DNA of 64,000 nucleotides from a virus (Duplodnaviria; Heunggongvirae; Uroviricota; Caudoviricetes): IMG/VR virus record IMGVR_UViG_3300009174_000004, positions 31,778 to 95,777 of that record; one strand, 5' to 3'. Shown piece by piece: positions 25,801 to 32,530 of this stretch (position 1 is its first letter; each line of letters starts with the position of its first letter). The notes under the pieces were generated by a model. It saw only the letters and a program-made list of their open reading frames with translations, ran no database searches and was not told where the DNA came from. The position numbers and the translations under genes were made by a program.

Positions 25801-28800
25801 ACCATCGGCTCCCCGCCGACGAGCGACAAGGAAGGGCTGGAGGGCGCCAAGGCTCGACTGCTGGAGAGCATGCGTCCTGGCGTGTCGGCACCTGAGCGTC
25901 CGGTCGTCAAGCGAGCAGCTAAGAAGGTTGCAGCCAAGGCAGCACCTAAGACCTTCGGTGACATGCTCAAGGAAGCTCCGCCCGAGAGCATGGATGAGGT
26001 CGCTCGCAAAGCAGGGTTGACCCCATCCGGGAAGAAAACGGCCGAGGCAAAATTTGATGACCTGGTTCGCCAGATCGTCGAACGAGAAGCCGAGCGACGC
26101 GGCATCAAGCTGCCTGAGCGTCCGGTCGTTAAGCGAGCGGCCAAGAAGGTTGCCCCAGAAGCTGCTCCTGGAGCAGCGCCAGCACGCAAGGTTGCCAAAG
26201 CTGCTGCACCGAGTGGCGGCTACAGGGCTGTTACCCAGACCGGACTGCCACGGCGCAAGAGCGCCGACCTCAAGGCCAAGGAGTGGGGCGCCTTCAAGGG
26301 CTACCGGGGCAACACCGGAGGTTGGCTCAGCAAGGAAGGTAAGAAGACCGACATCCAAGGCTGGGACAGCCTGTACAAGCGGCATGGCAAGGAGATCGAG
26401 GACTGGCACAAGAACAACGTCATCGAGGACCGGGAAACTATCGGCCTCAGTGAAGGTCTCCGTCCGGCTGAGGCTCAGGAATGGGCCAGGGGCGACGAGT
26501 CGCTCACGAACCTGCGCAAGCGTCTGAGGGAGCGCCAGGCCAGCAAGACTGCTCGTGTCGCCAAGAAGGCTGCGCCGGAGGCTGCACCAGAGCGTCCGGT
26601 TGTGAGGCGTGCTGCACCCAGGAAGGTGGCAGCTAAGGCCACCCCTGAGGCCGCACCTGGGTCCATTGAGGAACGGACCAACCGGATCGCCGAGGGCATC
26701 GGTGACACCCCAGCCGAGAAGCGTGGTGCCAGGAACCGGATCAAGGCGGCCTTGGAGGAGGGCGCTACTGACGCTGAGGCTCGCAGTCACGGCGAGCACG
26801 AGGGCACTGTTGCGGCCACCCGCAAGGAGGTCCGTGCAACGGTAAGGCAGCAGCGGATCCGTCGCAAGCGTGAGACCGCCATCATGCTCGGCGAGGTGGA
26901 CGAGCTTCTCCGCGACAAGCCCAGCGACCGGGCACTTCAGCATCGAATCAGAAGCCGTGCTGGCGTCAGCAAGGAGTTCGAGCGCACGGACATCAACGAT
27001 GTTCGTGACCGGCTTCTGGCGACCGGCACCGACCGCGAGAAGATGCGCGCCGAGGTTAAGAAGCTGGCCCAGGAAGCTGGCATCAAGAGGATCGGTGAAT
27101 CAGGCCAGGTCGTTCCGTTCGACCCGGCCAAGCACCACCCAGGCGGGGATGCCTCGATCAAAGCCGGCACGCCGGTGCAGATCACCCGTCCTGGCTACGA
27201 GTGGAACGAGCCAGGCGGCACGCTCGGCAACCACATCACCCACAAGGCCACCGTCTTCGAGGCGCCAGAAGCTCCGACCAAGGCTGCCCGCCCCGCCGCG
27301 AAACGGGCAGCCAAGGCTGCTGCATCAGAACTCACACCAAGCGCCCGGACCCGCCTCCAGCGGCTTGCCGCCAGGGAAGGCTGGATCGGCATTGCGGACG
27401 AGAACGACCCTGAGGTCAGGGACCTCATCAAGAAGGGGTACCTGCGCAGCAAGTACCGCAAGTTTGAAAATGGCGTCGGCAGCGGTCTTGGTGTTCAGGC
27501 CACAGAAAAGGGACGCAAGGCCCTTCAGGCACCGGAGACACCGTCAGCCCCACGCCCTCGTGTCACTCGTGCGGCCAAGAAGGCTGTGCCTAGGACTTCG
27601 CCGCTTCAGGCACACGAGGCTGAACCTGAGGTCACCGACATCACTGAGGTGCCCCATGCGCCCAAGGCTGCTCGCAAGGCGGCCGTGAGGATCCCTGCCG
27701 CCATCAAGGCTGAGCCAGTGCCTGAGGGCGCCGACGCTGACGAGTACTACCGGGCACGGGCAAGGGGCTTCTCAAAGAAGACTGCCACTGGCTGGGCCAG
27801 GGGGATCGTAAAGGCCAGGGAGGGCCTTGCACAGCAGCGTGAGGCAGAACGAGAAGCCAGGGCAGCCAAGATCGTCAAGAAGACCCCTCCTCGGGTCTAC
27901 GGCGAGGAGCCCGATTTCTTCCCGAGGAAGGTTGCTGAACGCCCCAAGGCCGCCGAGCCCGAGAAGGCTGAACGTCCCACAATCAGGCGTGTAGCCAAGA
28001 AGGTGGCTGCTGCTGTTGCGCGACCCTTCAGGCGCCAGACGACCGAGAAGGTCAAGCAGCCGGAGACCACCCACAAGCCCGTTGCCCCAAGACTGTTCCG
28101 CGACACCCTAACCCCAGGGCAGCTTCGTGATTGGGAATCCCTGGAAGGCAGGGAGGAAAGAGCCCAGTACCAGCGCCTGAGGAAGCAGGGCATGAGCCAC
28201 GAGGCGGCCATGGAGGCCAGCCCAAGGCTCGTCCGCGAGGCACACGCCAGGGGCATTGAGCAAGAGAAGGCCAGAAGGAAGCCCCGCAAGGTTGCCCAGA
28301 AGGTTGCACCTGAAGCGGGAGCACCGGAGCGTCCGAAGGTTACTCGTGCCGGCGCCAAGGTGGAGTCGGCCGACGACGTCATCGCCAACCGGGGCACCGT
28401 GGTTCGCCTGGCGGAGCACCCCGGCTGGGACATCGTCCAGCATGACGGCAACAAGCGCTGGTACATCCTCGACCCCGACGGCAAGCTCCACAAGGACGGC
28501 CGGATTTCAAGCTCCTCCAGCTTGGAGAACGCCCAGAAGCGGCTGGCTCGGGTGGCTGGACCACCGAAGGCTGCACCTGCCAAGCGGGTGGCTAAGAAGG
28601 CTGCTCCTGAAGCGCCATCCAAGCCTGAGGAAACCGGACCATCGATCGCACAGTTGGCCAAAGAAGCCGGCTTCAAGGGTGATGCGGCAGGCATCGTCCC
28701 CAGCCGTCAGCTTGACCTTGACCAAGGCATGAGCCGTGCCGACGTAGCCAAGAAGATCCGTCGAGACGCCACCAACCTGGAGAAGTCCCCACTAGACCAA

Positions 28801-31800
28801 GGATCTACAGACCCATCCATCAACCGAGCCGCCCGTGAGGACCGGGCTGACTTCGTCCGTCGGCTACGGGACCTGGCCGATCGGGTCGAGGGTAAGGAGG
28901 CAGCCCCTAAGCGCCCAGCGGTGAAGCGGGCAGCTAAGAAGGCCGTCCCTCCGGCTGCGCCGGAGGTCCCGGCCAAGGCGACGAGGGCGCCCAGGAAGGT
29001 GGCCGCTAAGGCGGCACCGGAAGCAGCTACCCCCGAGCGTCCAGTAGTTAAACGGGCAGCACCCCGAAAGGTGGCCGCTCCTGAGTCCAAGGAACTGAAG
29101 CCCCTCACCAACGGCACCCGCCGCAAGAGCATGACCAACGTCCAGGAAGGTGACGTTGTTCGTGGCGCCAGCGGTGCCCGGGGTGGCTCCGAGGTTCCCC
29201 GTCGGGTCACGAAGGTCGAACGTGACGGCAACAGCATCACGATCACCAGGGACGACGGCAGCACCCTCAAGGGCAACGCCAACACGGCCGTGTGGTTAGG
29301 CGAAGCCCCCAAGGCGGAAGCTCCGGCAGCTAAGCGGGCCGTCAAGAAGGCTGCACCTTCTGCACCAGAGGCGCCAGCTAAGGCCATCCGTCCCCGAGTG
29401 ACTCGTGCCGCCGCCAAGAAGGCTGTACCAGAAGCACCCGAGGCCCCAGCCAAGAAGGCTGCACCTGCTAAGCGGGTGGCCAAGAAGGCTGCTCCCGAAG
29501 CACCGGAGGCTCCGGCCAAGGCCACCCGCCCCCGGGTCACCCGTGCCGGCGCCAAGAAGACAGCACCGGAGGCTGCTGCTCCCGAAGCTCCGGCCAAGGC
29601 TGCTCGTCCTGCGTCAAAGCAGGACCTCAGCAAGCCCGAGGTTCAGCGCGCTCGGGCAAGCCTGCTCCACCAGGGCGACCGCAACCTCAGCGACGACGCT
29701 GTGGCCCAGGAAATGGACCGCATCAAGCGCCTGGACGACAAAGACACCCGTCGCCTCAGGGCCTTGAGGCGGACTCCACTTGACCAGAATGTTCCCCTCC
29801 GGGGAGACCCTCAGGGTGACAACAGCGTCATGCACGGAGACTCTCCGTCCATGGAGCTTGCTCAGAAGCTAGCTCGTCGTGGGGACCGCAACGGCTCTGC
29901 GAACAAGGTCATGGACTTGCGGCGTAGCTACAGTTCCCGCGAGGGCAAGAAGGATCTTGACGCTTCCGAAAAGGCCGTCCAGGAACTGCGCCTCATGCGG
30001 CTGGAGGAGAAGGACCCAGAGGTCCGCAAGCTGTACGACGAAGCCATCGCACAGATGGACGCAGAGCCCAAGTCTGTGCCTGACGTGCCAGAAGGGACTC
30101 CCCAGTCGGCGCGGCAGTTGCTCAGTGACCTCAACCGCATCCCGCTGGCCCGTCGCATGGAACCGAGTCGAGATGGGGAACGGATCTCAGCCACTGATCA
30201 ACTGGCTCAGGTCTACCGAGACATCGACTCCGGAAAGCTTCAGGGCAGCGGCGACATCGACAAGGCCGTCGACAACGTATTGAGTCGCTACCACGAGAGC
30301 CGGGACGGCTCCTACCAGATGCAGGACCTTGGCCCTCCTGGAAGCGACAAGCAGAGGGCCCTCAGCCGGGATCTTCGGCAGTGGGCTCGCGACCGTGAGA
30401 CGGCTGGACCGCACCCATCCCCGACCCCCGGCTCTGACACGCCCAAGGTCTCGGAGCCTCGCACCGACATCCCCGACCCCAACGAGCCACGAGCCGCTCG
30501 TGCTCGCAAGCGACTGGAGGCCCGAGAGGCACACCACCGCCGGTCCACCGCCGATGGGTCAGCCGAACTGGCCGACATGCTGAACCAAGTCATCGAGGCC
30601 CGCCAAGGCAACGACGACCCAGCCGCCTTCCGCCGGGCCGTACGTCAGCGCCTGCTGTCCACTCCCGGAGAGAAGACCGACCCCAAGACCCAGGGCTACG
30701 ACGACCTTCGCAAGGCCCTAACCGGGGAGAGCTTCACCAACCCCGAGGAACTGGGCACGCGGCTGCGGCAGGAACTGGCCAAGCGCGGCGTCACCATGAC
30801 CTCGACCCCCGGCGCCCAGACCAGGTTCAACCCGGACCTGCACCGGTCCGTCGGCGGGGACATCCCAGACAACGCTGACGTACAAGTCATCCGTCCTGGC
30901 CTGATCTTCACTGACAAGGACGGCACCGTCGTCACGCTCCAGAAGCCAGTCGTCAAGCGCGTGACGACTGCTCCTGTGGGGGAAATCCACCCCCGAACCA
31001 GCCGGGGCAAGTTTCGGGACGACAGGTCAGCCGTCACCAAAACACTGGACCGAGCCGTCGACAAGATCTTTGGATCTCCGACCCGCCCGGCAGTGAGGCG
31101 GGCAGGGACTAAGGCCACTACGCCATCGCACCGCAGTACGCAGCGACCACTGACAGGAAAGGCAAGCCTCCGCACCGGGGACCTCTTCAATGGGGACACA
31201 GACTCACGCGGTGTTCCTGTTCGCGACTTCACCCCACTCCTCGGTGGTGGCTACACGATCAAGAACGGCACCGCCTGGAGGCGTAACGGCGTCACCTACG
31301 TCGTTGAGCATGACGAGACCGGCGAGGGTAAGCGGCGCGCTATTGAGGCAGCCAAGGTGATGGAGCACCACCACCAGAGCCTTCCTGCAGGGGCACGGCA
31401 ATACCAACGGTCCTATGTCTGGAACAGTGGAAGCAACCCGGAGGACCCTGAGTTCGCAAAGAGACTCGGCGTCGAAAAATTCAGGTCAGTAATGACTGCT
31501 GGTAGTGGCGACACCCACATCTGGCAGCCAGGCGTCAAGAGGACCCCAGAAGGCAGGGTCGACGCTACCCAACTGATAAGCGACTTGAACCACGAGTTCG
31601 GCCACAATGCCGATACCGATGGCATCAGCGGCTCGGGAGGGTGGCACGAGGCCGGGGCGAACGCCAATCCGGCAAGGTACATCAACCCAAGCACATGGGT
31701 CCCCTCGTCTGCGCGTGGTGGACGGGCCAAGAAAATGCTCCTAAAGCCACAACCGGGGGCTCGCTACCCATACGGCATCACGCCGTATGGAGGCAGTTCC

Positions 31801-32025
31801 GACATCGAGGACTTCGCCGAGTCGGTTGACCTCTACCTTCAGGGCAAAATCGGCTATGGCGAACTACTCGATCAGCCTGGAATGTCGGCGCTCTGGTTCC
31901 GGGACCTGTTCCCTGAGCGGGCCGCGATCCTGGACAAGCTGTTCCCCGAGGTGGCCCGGCAGCAGCGAGACGAGATTGCCAAGCTGGAGGCAGGACCTAG
32001 GAGGAGGAGGGTGACGCCTTCATAA
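16894..32025 (+). CDS. giant 5043-aa protein: N-terminal ADP-ribosyltransferase-like domain, ~4400-aa repetitive Lys/Ala/Pro/Glu-rich core, C-terminal lethal-factor-like HEFGH zinc-metallopeptidase domain
   Basis: One uninterrupted frame of 15,132 nt in 62% GC DNA with GC3-biased codons. RBS GAGGAG 12 nt upstream. Domain motifs are read from the translation (see findings). Confidence 0.75.
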   Translation: MAIDVDLRSWLPDFGDDDNWDDIFAIDLGRWRPELHPRDSHGRFRNSWRLPDAAMAQVERLLRGFNPPALRSDAHAASYLKGQKGPRSKKQQEALDYFLSRAGNEDIQSTLRGGYDPRRPEPQSARISELDAMMRPLDHDLILSRVVGPDAFGLPPERLGEVEEWTGRRVNDKGFSPMNAGTAYPVSGPHIEMRVLVPKGTKAIIVGSGDPNDPNGRTVILDREQPLRIGKVEKDGRGGFYALATVGPTRGAKGEQPTTGLGKDLPAAQRSPAIEATPDEFQRRGLEPEAPPGPQEQPDRFGPATPPGPAPVAKAAPAAAPPAPTPAPEGPPLEQPSPAKAIREAGGRVPTGAGRVTDESSLNAPEAAAPAPRQRGGRQVIPEEEARLRDRQQRLDAQAKEQEAREKRLQAAQEQLLLAREREIQRKDAEIERLQAQREADIAGRTIRADEGTQARLERLDSERNDAVVRADERNRKAPGWPANGEDTRIAEHANRVRRERGEQELPIPADAPPATPMEGEIPAPVKRARKVAAKAAPEGAPAAAPAKRVRKAAKAAPEAAPEAAPEAAPEVPAPVKRVRKVAQKAAPEAAPEAAAPEAPPAKRIRKTAAKAAPEVAPEVAPEAAPPVKKAARVAKAAAPEAAVPEGEKDLRGISYEDALKLPPEQWQQRLRQIQDDLKFMKEARKAAPEGAPEAPPAKKAARTAKKAAPEAAPEAPVKKAAVKRVAKKAAPEAVKATPEKKVYPERQPKTMKELQDMKDDEIIRYADSLEGPAQNSSEVVAKRMALAAKARREEGAPPGETLEERLKRQARPSPEAKPRPRGPAKTAEQIRAENEASKAETRRLEEKAFPERKRPVAKKRGPGKSAEQIRAENEASKAETARLAKKLPAKVPMTQAQREAAEKLPSPTAKKATKIAARRAEAFDKIAPDIPGQEGVPMRRAEKQLAEGRPVTEVRQMLQERADFNRRRAEIERDDPTDPTGREAQRLEGLADAYENAAERVGKRVGPNPDRLNPGDKVERTNKDKSTTKGTVAKRGRLTYIDWEDGESQRVLPSRPGRGIKKVGGAEPGVEAPKAAKPATLVELRKEASTLNVPGRSRMDRAQLEEALAARRKKEGESDEEHAARLAKLNERPTVTRAAPRKVAKAQEAAPEAAPEAAPEARAAAKKARPAAKRAPAAKKTAKPSIEDQAANALLEAMPPQARKEILDSMTPDERAQVEEAVQRVKGAAARPTVKRAPRKVARAAEELKTAPLPAHERPVKAAEKSVAKLVPHGTDGGSVPNKRAPKVTGVQAPTKAAKVARPRVKRTAPAKIAEAPPAPEVLQDNSKADFRPGGAKHIDLEPLTEGLNFEAGPGGKTDGGAPTIDELAVVPDHRGIVARAQQDLNEGKSPASVARDLRGTAQSLRNVAAIRFGGWGDKEVTPGIPRSPEILAEKKKNWTNWFKRAKQFDDLAARLEATKRPRVARKAAVAKAVPEVSAPERPTVTRAARKVAKAAPEAPARLQRSPRLTPEQQNDIADLKPIDKARYRSLRRDRLSHDDALAQTKRERQSADLGAAARQEEDATAKLRAREALDRQRAERKVAGQKQREAIDAENRKDLAPILDEAGVKYDDLSEFQRGKVGVLQARVEKKTLSKKRAAEMLREDGDDRMAAIARIIERPAPRKVAARKVAKAAPEAPAKAAPAKKAAPEGDVQEQLRQKEAERLRAEIKDAIRSRSNVKRRQLQDRLQGVENAGHAEDIAPEEMTPDGKRAWADSYRQSIRDGFGDEVAQREANIDAFKAAQAARADAPEAPPAAKKAARKVAKAAPEAAPEAEVVPKLTPAQRAVAQAVADGTTGNTIRADVNKRLQDAGIIEWEKGKPRLTDVGKKALAQAAGRPTVKRAAKAAVPEAPPAKKVAQKVAKAAPEAPGPGLLQRVAADLRADQMSREQQRGIMEREQSNIRIQNAVTHSRRGGLPVGDRGFKPYQDLREGDIERLSPSEIQSMTDDLVERRDATSSIRHKRMAVRALDRLHGGHWEPPGEAPAPTKAAKKVAKAAPEAAPEAPKAAPAPPTKRVIRERKPTPVGEQSKLTDKLQGLGGDRDKIQAELDKDENGLDALREVAQDLKLDYVQPKPELKRSILEALSGGPKKRAPRKVARALETAPLEAHQPAAPAKAARAAPDVPENMKDRVRPGGMIALARIQKGDRVMVGKNSTGTWGPSSRITDTPITVDRQETIPVRNRRGGVDNRRVLIGHDDQGNEIRVGGDTGHSGTVVFRAARPEGAKVAKAAKAAPDVTEQRAAALKKALKPVHDNAHGQEPSINNYDERVAEGQAPAVTIRHMRQRADAYDEAARASTVNGGRGTRAYGYDMTDPDEVKRLQAQAVRLRKAADDFEAENKTIRPGKVAKAAPEAAPARPKVTRAAVKKVTAPEAPSTEALSPGAEERLRRLGTKSDWITETGIKRAETNELIRQGLVERRAGHTSLFKRVTPGIRVTPKGRQHLKSLETPEAPVPAKAAPAVKRVVKKAVPEAAPEMKLDRFEQERFDGLSPVAQHRYRELREGPRKANHAEALALAGNLDRPASRKTRVNEYNGLTREQFDALPADRKKLILDDLKSISESGDKRTIPSNRTSMGTTIRGVDATHVTQARSLRDRFTRTPGPTKAAKPEAAPVLARLDDKANPPDGLDVQNMLTGMDRENVTAVAERVGVENPKGYTLAGLRREIRFKVDENNRNAPKAPETPAPAKAAPAVKRAVKKAIPEAVSEAPAPRAPRKVAAPRPRASAEALREKVGQNRADLEGRLSADQKKELGDLSPRQRARYWVRRVESGDDHNSALSKATGGAAPAAARPVVKRATAPRKVATKAAAPEAPAKRMTREQLMQEINRRRDAGEDLHAYDQTFTRDELERVLKGESVELRGSQRRKAAKARAAARAEEVAQAPVTPRKRPASGREVISQLQAAKTDEEAAKIIRPIRSRQRLDDALRTIGSPPTSDKEGLEGAKARLLESMRPGVSAPERPVVKRAAKKVAAKAAPKTFGDMLKEAPPESMDEVARKAGLTPSGKKTAEAKFDDLVRQIVEREAERRGIKLPERPVVKRAAKKVAPEAAPGAAPARKVAKAAAPSGGYRAVTQTGLPRRKSADLKAKEWGAFKGYRGNTGGWLSKEGKKTDIQGWDSLYKRHGKEIEDWHKNNVIEDRETIGLSEGLRPAEAQEWARGDESLTNLRKRLRERQASKTARVAKKAAPEAAPERPVVRRAAPRKVAAKATPEAAPGSIEERTNRIAEGIGDTPAEKRGARNRIKAALEEGATDAEARSHGEHEGTVAATRKEVRATVRQQRIRRKRETAIMLGEVDELLRDKPSDRALQHRIRSRAGVSKEFERTDINDVRDRLLATGTDREKMRAEVKKLAQEAGIKRIGESGQVVPFDPAKHHPGGDASIKAGTPVQITRPGYEWNEPGGTLGNHITHKATVFEAPEAPTKAARPAAKRAAKAAASELTPSARTRLQRLAAREGWIGIADENDPEVRDLIKKGYLRSKYRKFENGVGSGLGVQATEKGRKALQAPETPSAPRPRVTRAAKKAVPRTSPLQAHEAEPEVTDITEVPHAPKAARKAAVRIPAAIKAEPVPEGADADEYYRARARGFSKKTATGWARGIVKAREGLAQQREAEREARAAKIVKKTPPRVYGEEPDFFPRKVAERPKAAEPEKAERPTIRRVAKKVAAAVARPFRRQTTEKVKQPETTHKPVAPRLFRDTLTPGQLRDWESLEGREERAQYQRLRKQGMSHEAAMEASPRLVREAHARGIEQEKARRKPRKVAQKVAPEAGAPERPKVTRAGAKVESADDVIANRGTVVRLAEHPGWDIVQHDGNKRWYILDPDGKLHKDGRISSSSSLENAQKRLARVAGPPKAAPAKRVAKKAAPEAPSKPEETGPSIAQLAKEAGFKGDAAGIVPSRQLDLDQGMSRADVAKKIRRDATNLEKSPLDQGSTDPSINRAAREDRADFVRRLRDLADRVEGKEAAPKRPAVKRAAKKAVPPAAPEVPAKATRAPRKVAAKAAPEAATPERPVVKRAAPRKVAAPESKELKPLTNGTRRKSMTNVQEGDVVRGASGARGGSEVPRRVTKVERDGNSITITRDDGSTLKGNANTAVWLGEAPKAEAPAAKRAVKKAAPSAPEAPAKAIRPRVTRAAAKKAVPEAPEAPAKKAAPAKRVAKKAAPEAPEAPAKATRPRVTRAGAKKTAPEAAAPEAPAKAARPASKQDLSKPEVQRARASLLHQGDRNLSDDAVAQEMDRIKRLDDKDTRRLRALRRTPLDQNVPLRGDPQGDNSVMHGDSPSMELAQKLARRGDRNGSANKVMDLRRSYSSREGKKDLDASEKAVQELRLMRLEEKDPEVRKLYDEAIAQMDAEPKSVPDVPEGTPQSARQLLSDLNRIPLARRMEPSRDGERISATDQLAQVYRDIDSGKLQGSGDIDKAVDNVLSRYHESRDGSYQMQDLGPPGSDKQRALSRDLRQWARDRETAGPHPSPTPGSDTPKVSEPRTDIPDPNEPRAARARKRLEAREAHHRRSTADGSAELADMLNQVIEARQGNDDPAAFRRAVRQRLLSTPGEKTDPKTQGYDDLRKALTGESFTNPEELGTRLRQELAKRGVTMTSTPGAQTRFNPDLHRSVGGDIPDNADVQVIRPGLIFTDKDGTVVTLQKPVVKRVTTAPVGEIHPRTSRGKFRDDRSAVTKTLDRAVDKIFGSPTRPAVRRAGTKATTPSHRSTQRPLTGKASLRTGDLFNGDTDSRGVPVRDFTPLLGGGYTIKNGTAWRRNGVTYVVEHDETGEGKRRAIEAAKVMEHHHQSLPAGARQYQRSYVWNSGSNPEDPEFAKRLGVEKFRSVMTAGSGDTHIWQPGVKRTPEGRVDATQLISDLNHEFGHNADTDGISGSGGWHEAGANANPARYINPSTWVPSSARGGRAKKMLLKPQPGARYPYGITPYGGSSDIEDFAESVDLYLQGKIGYGELLDQPGMSALWFRDLFPERAAILDKLFPEVARQQRDEIAKLEAGPRRRRVTPS
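18400..29650 (+). repeat. Dispersed and tandem intragenic repeats encoding [RK]P-x-V-[KT]-R-A-A-K-K-V-A-K-A-A-P-E-A-A-P-E units (dozens of copies), plus a near-identical ~50-bp direct repeat at 19374-19425 and 19492-19543
   Basis: The DNA motif gccaagaaggctgc(t/a)cc(t/a)gaggc(t/a)gc(a/t)cc recurs throughout. Peptide SAEQIRAENEASKAET occurs twice 118 bp apart. Confidence 0.7.
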
Positions 32026-32244
32026 GGGTGTGCCGCACGCTGCCATCGGACATGGTCTGGGTCACCTCGGCCGTGACTGCTTCGTCCTTATTCTCGGTGG
32101 GGTTGCCGTCGGCGTCGTAGAACACGACTTCCTCGTCGGAAACTTTTGGGTCAGCCATGCTCTCAGTATCACACCTTGATCTAAGGGGCCGAGTGGCCTA
32201 CAAAGGAACTAAGCTCCAGAGATCATTGCAGGGAGAGGGCTGAT

Positions 32245-32394
32245 ATGTGCAACTGTGGCAAGAGTGGTGGGGCTCCGGCGGAGAGCTACGTGGTCACCAG
32301 AAGCAACGGGACTACGCAGGAGCACACCTCTAAGGTGGCTGCCGACATCGATGTCACCCGCAACGGTGGAACCATAACCGTTAAGAAAAAGTAG
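32245..32394 (+). CDS. hypothetical 49-aa protein (MCNCGKSGGAPAESYVV...)
   Basis: Hand-translated below the ORF cutoff. RBS GGAGAGG 7 nt upstream. Sits in the 490-bp gap between the giant gene and the capsid gene. Confidence 0.3.
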   Translation: MCNCGKSGGAPAESYVVTRSNGTTQEHTSKVAADIDVTRNGGTITVKKK

Positions 32395-32414
32395 CGGCGA
32401 AACTGGACATTATC

Positions 32415-32440
32415 TGATCAAGTCTTTATTATCTTGATCA
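32415..32440. promoter_or_regulatory. AT-rich palindrome TGATCAAG-N10-CTTGATCA upstream of the capsid gene
   Basis: An 8-bp perfect inverted repeat around an AT-rich core, unusual in this GC-rich genome. Candidate operator or late-promoter element. Confidence 0.3.
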
Positions 32441-32482
32441 TCCGATAGCTTCAGGGTAGTGCTGAGGGCCTCCTGAGGAGTC

Positions 32483-32510
32483 AAAAGGCTGTGTGCCTTT
32501 TCCCTTCTTC
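32483..32510 (+). terminator. Rho-independent-terminator-like hairpin (AAAAGGC-TGTGT-GCCTTTT) followed by a T/C-rich tract, immediately upstream of the capsid start
   Basis: Read directly. The stem is flanked by A-run and T-run; ends ~20 nt before the ATG at 32531. Confidence 0.4.
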
Positions 32511-32530
32511 ATGTGAGAGGCCCTTTAGTC

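Noticed and set aside
16918-29633. Many long antisense ORFs inside the giant gene (e.g. 16918..18087, 18252..18854, 20712..21953, 24157..24777, 25795..26943, 28707..29633), translating to Ala/Ser/Arg/Gly-rich low-complexity peptides
   Set aside because: They are the reverse-complement frames of the GC-rich KAAPEAAPE repeats. Their translations are homopolymer-like (ASGAAS... RRLRL...). They are fully nested in a gene with strong coding signal on the plus strand.
16894-32025. Possibility that the 15-kb frame is several adjacent genes in the same frame
   Set aside because: There are no in-frame stops at all. The repeat units and the charged spacers continue seamlessly. Only the 5' end has an RBS-like context. 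Internal starts cannot be excluded but are not required.
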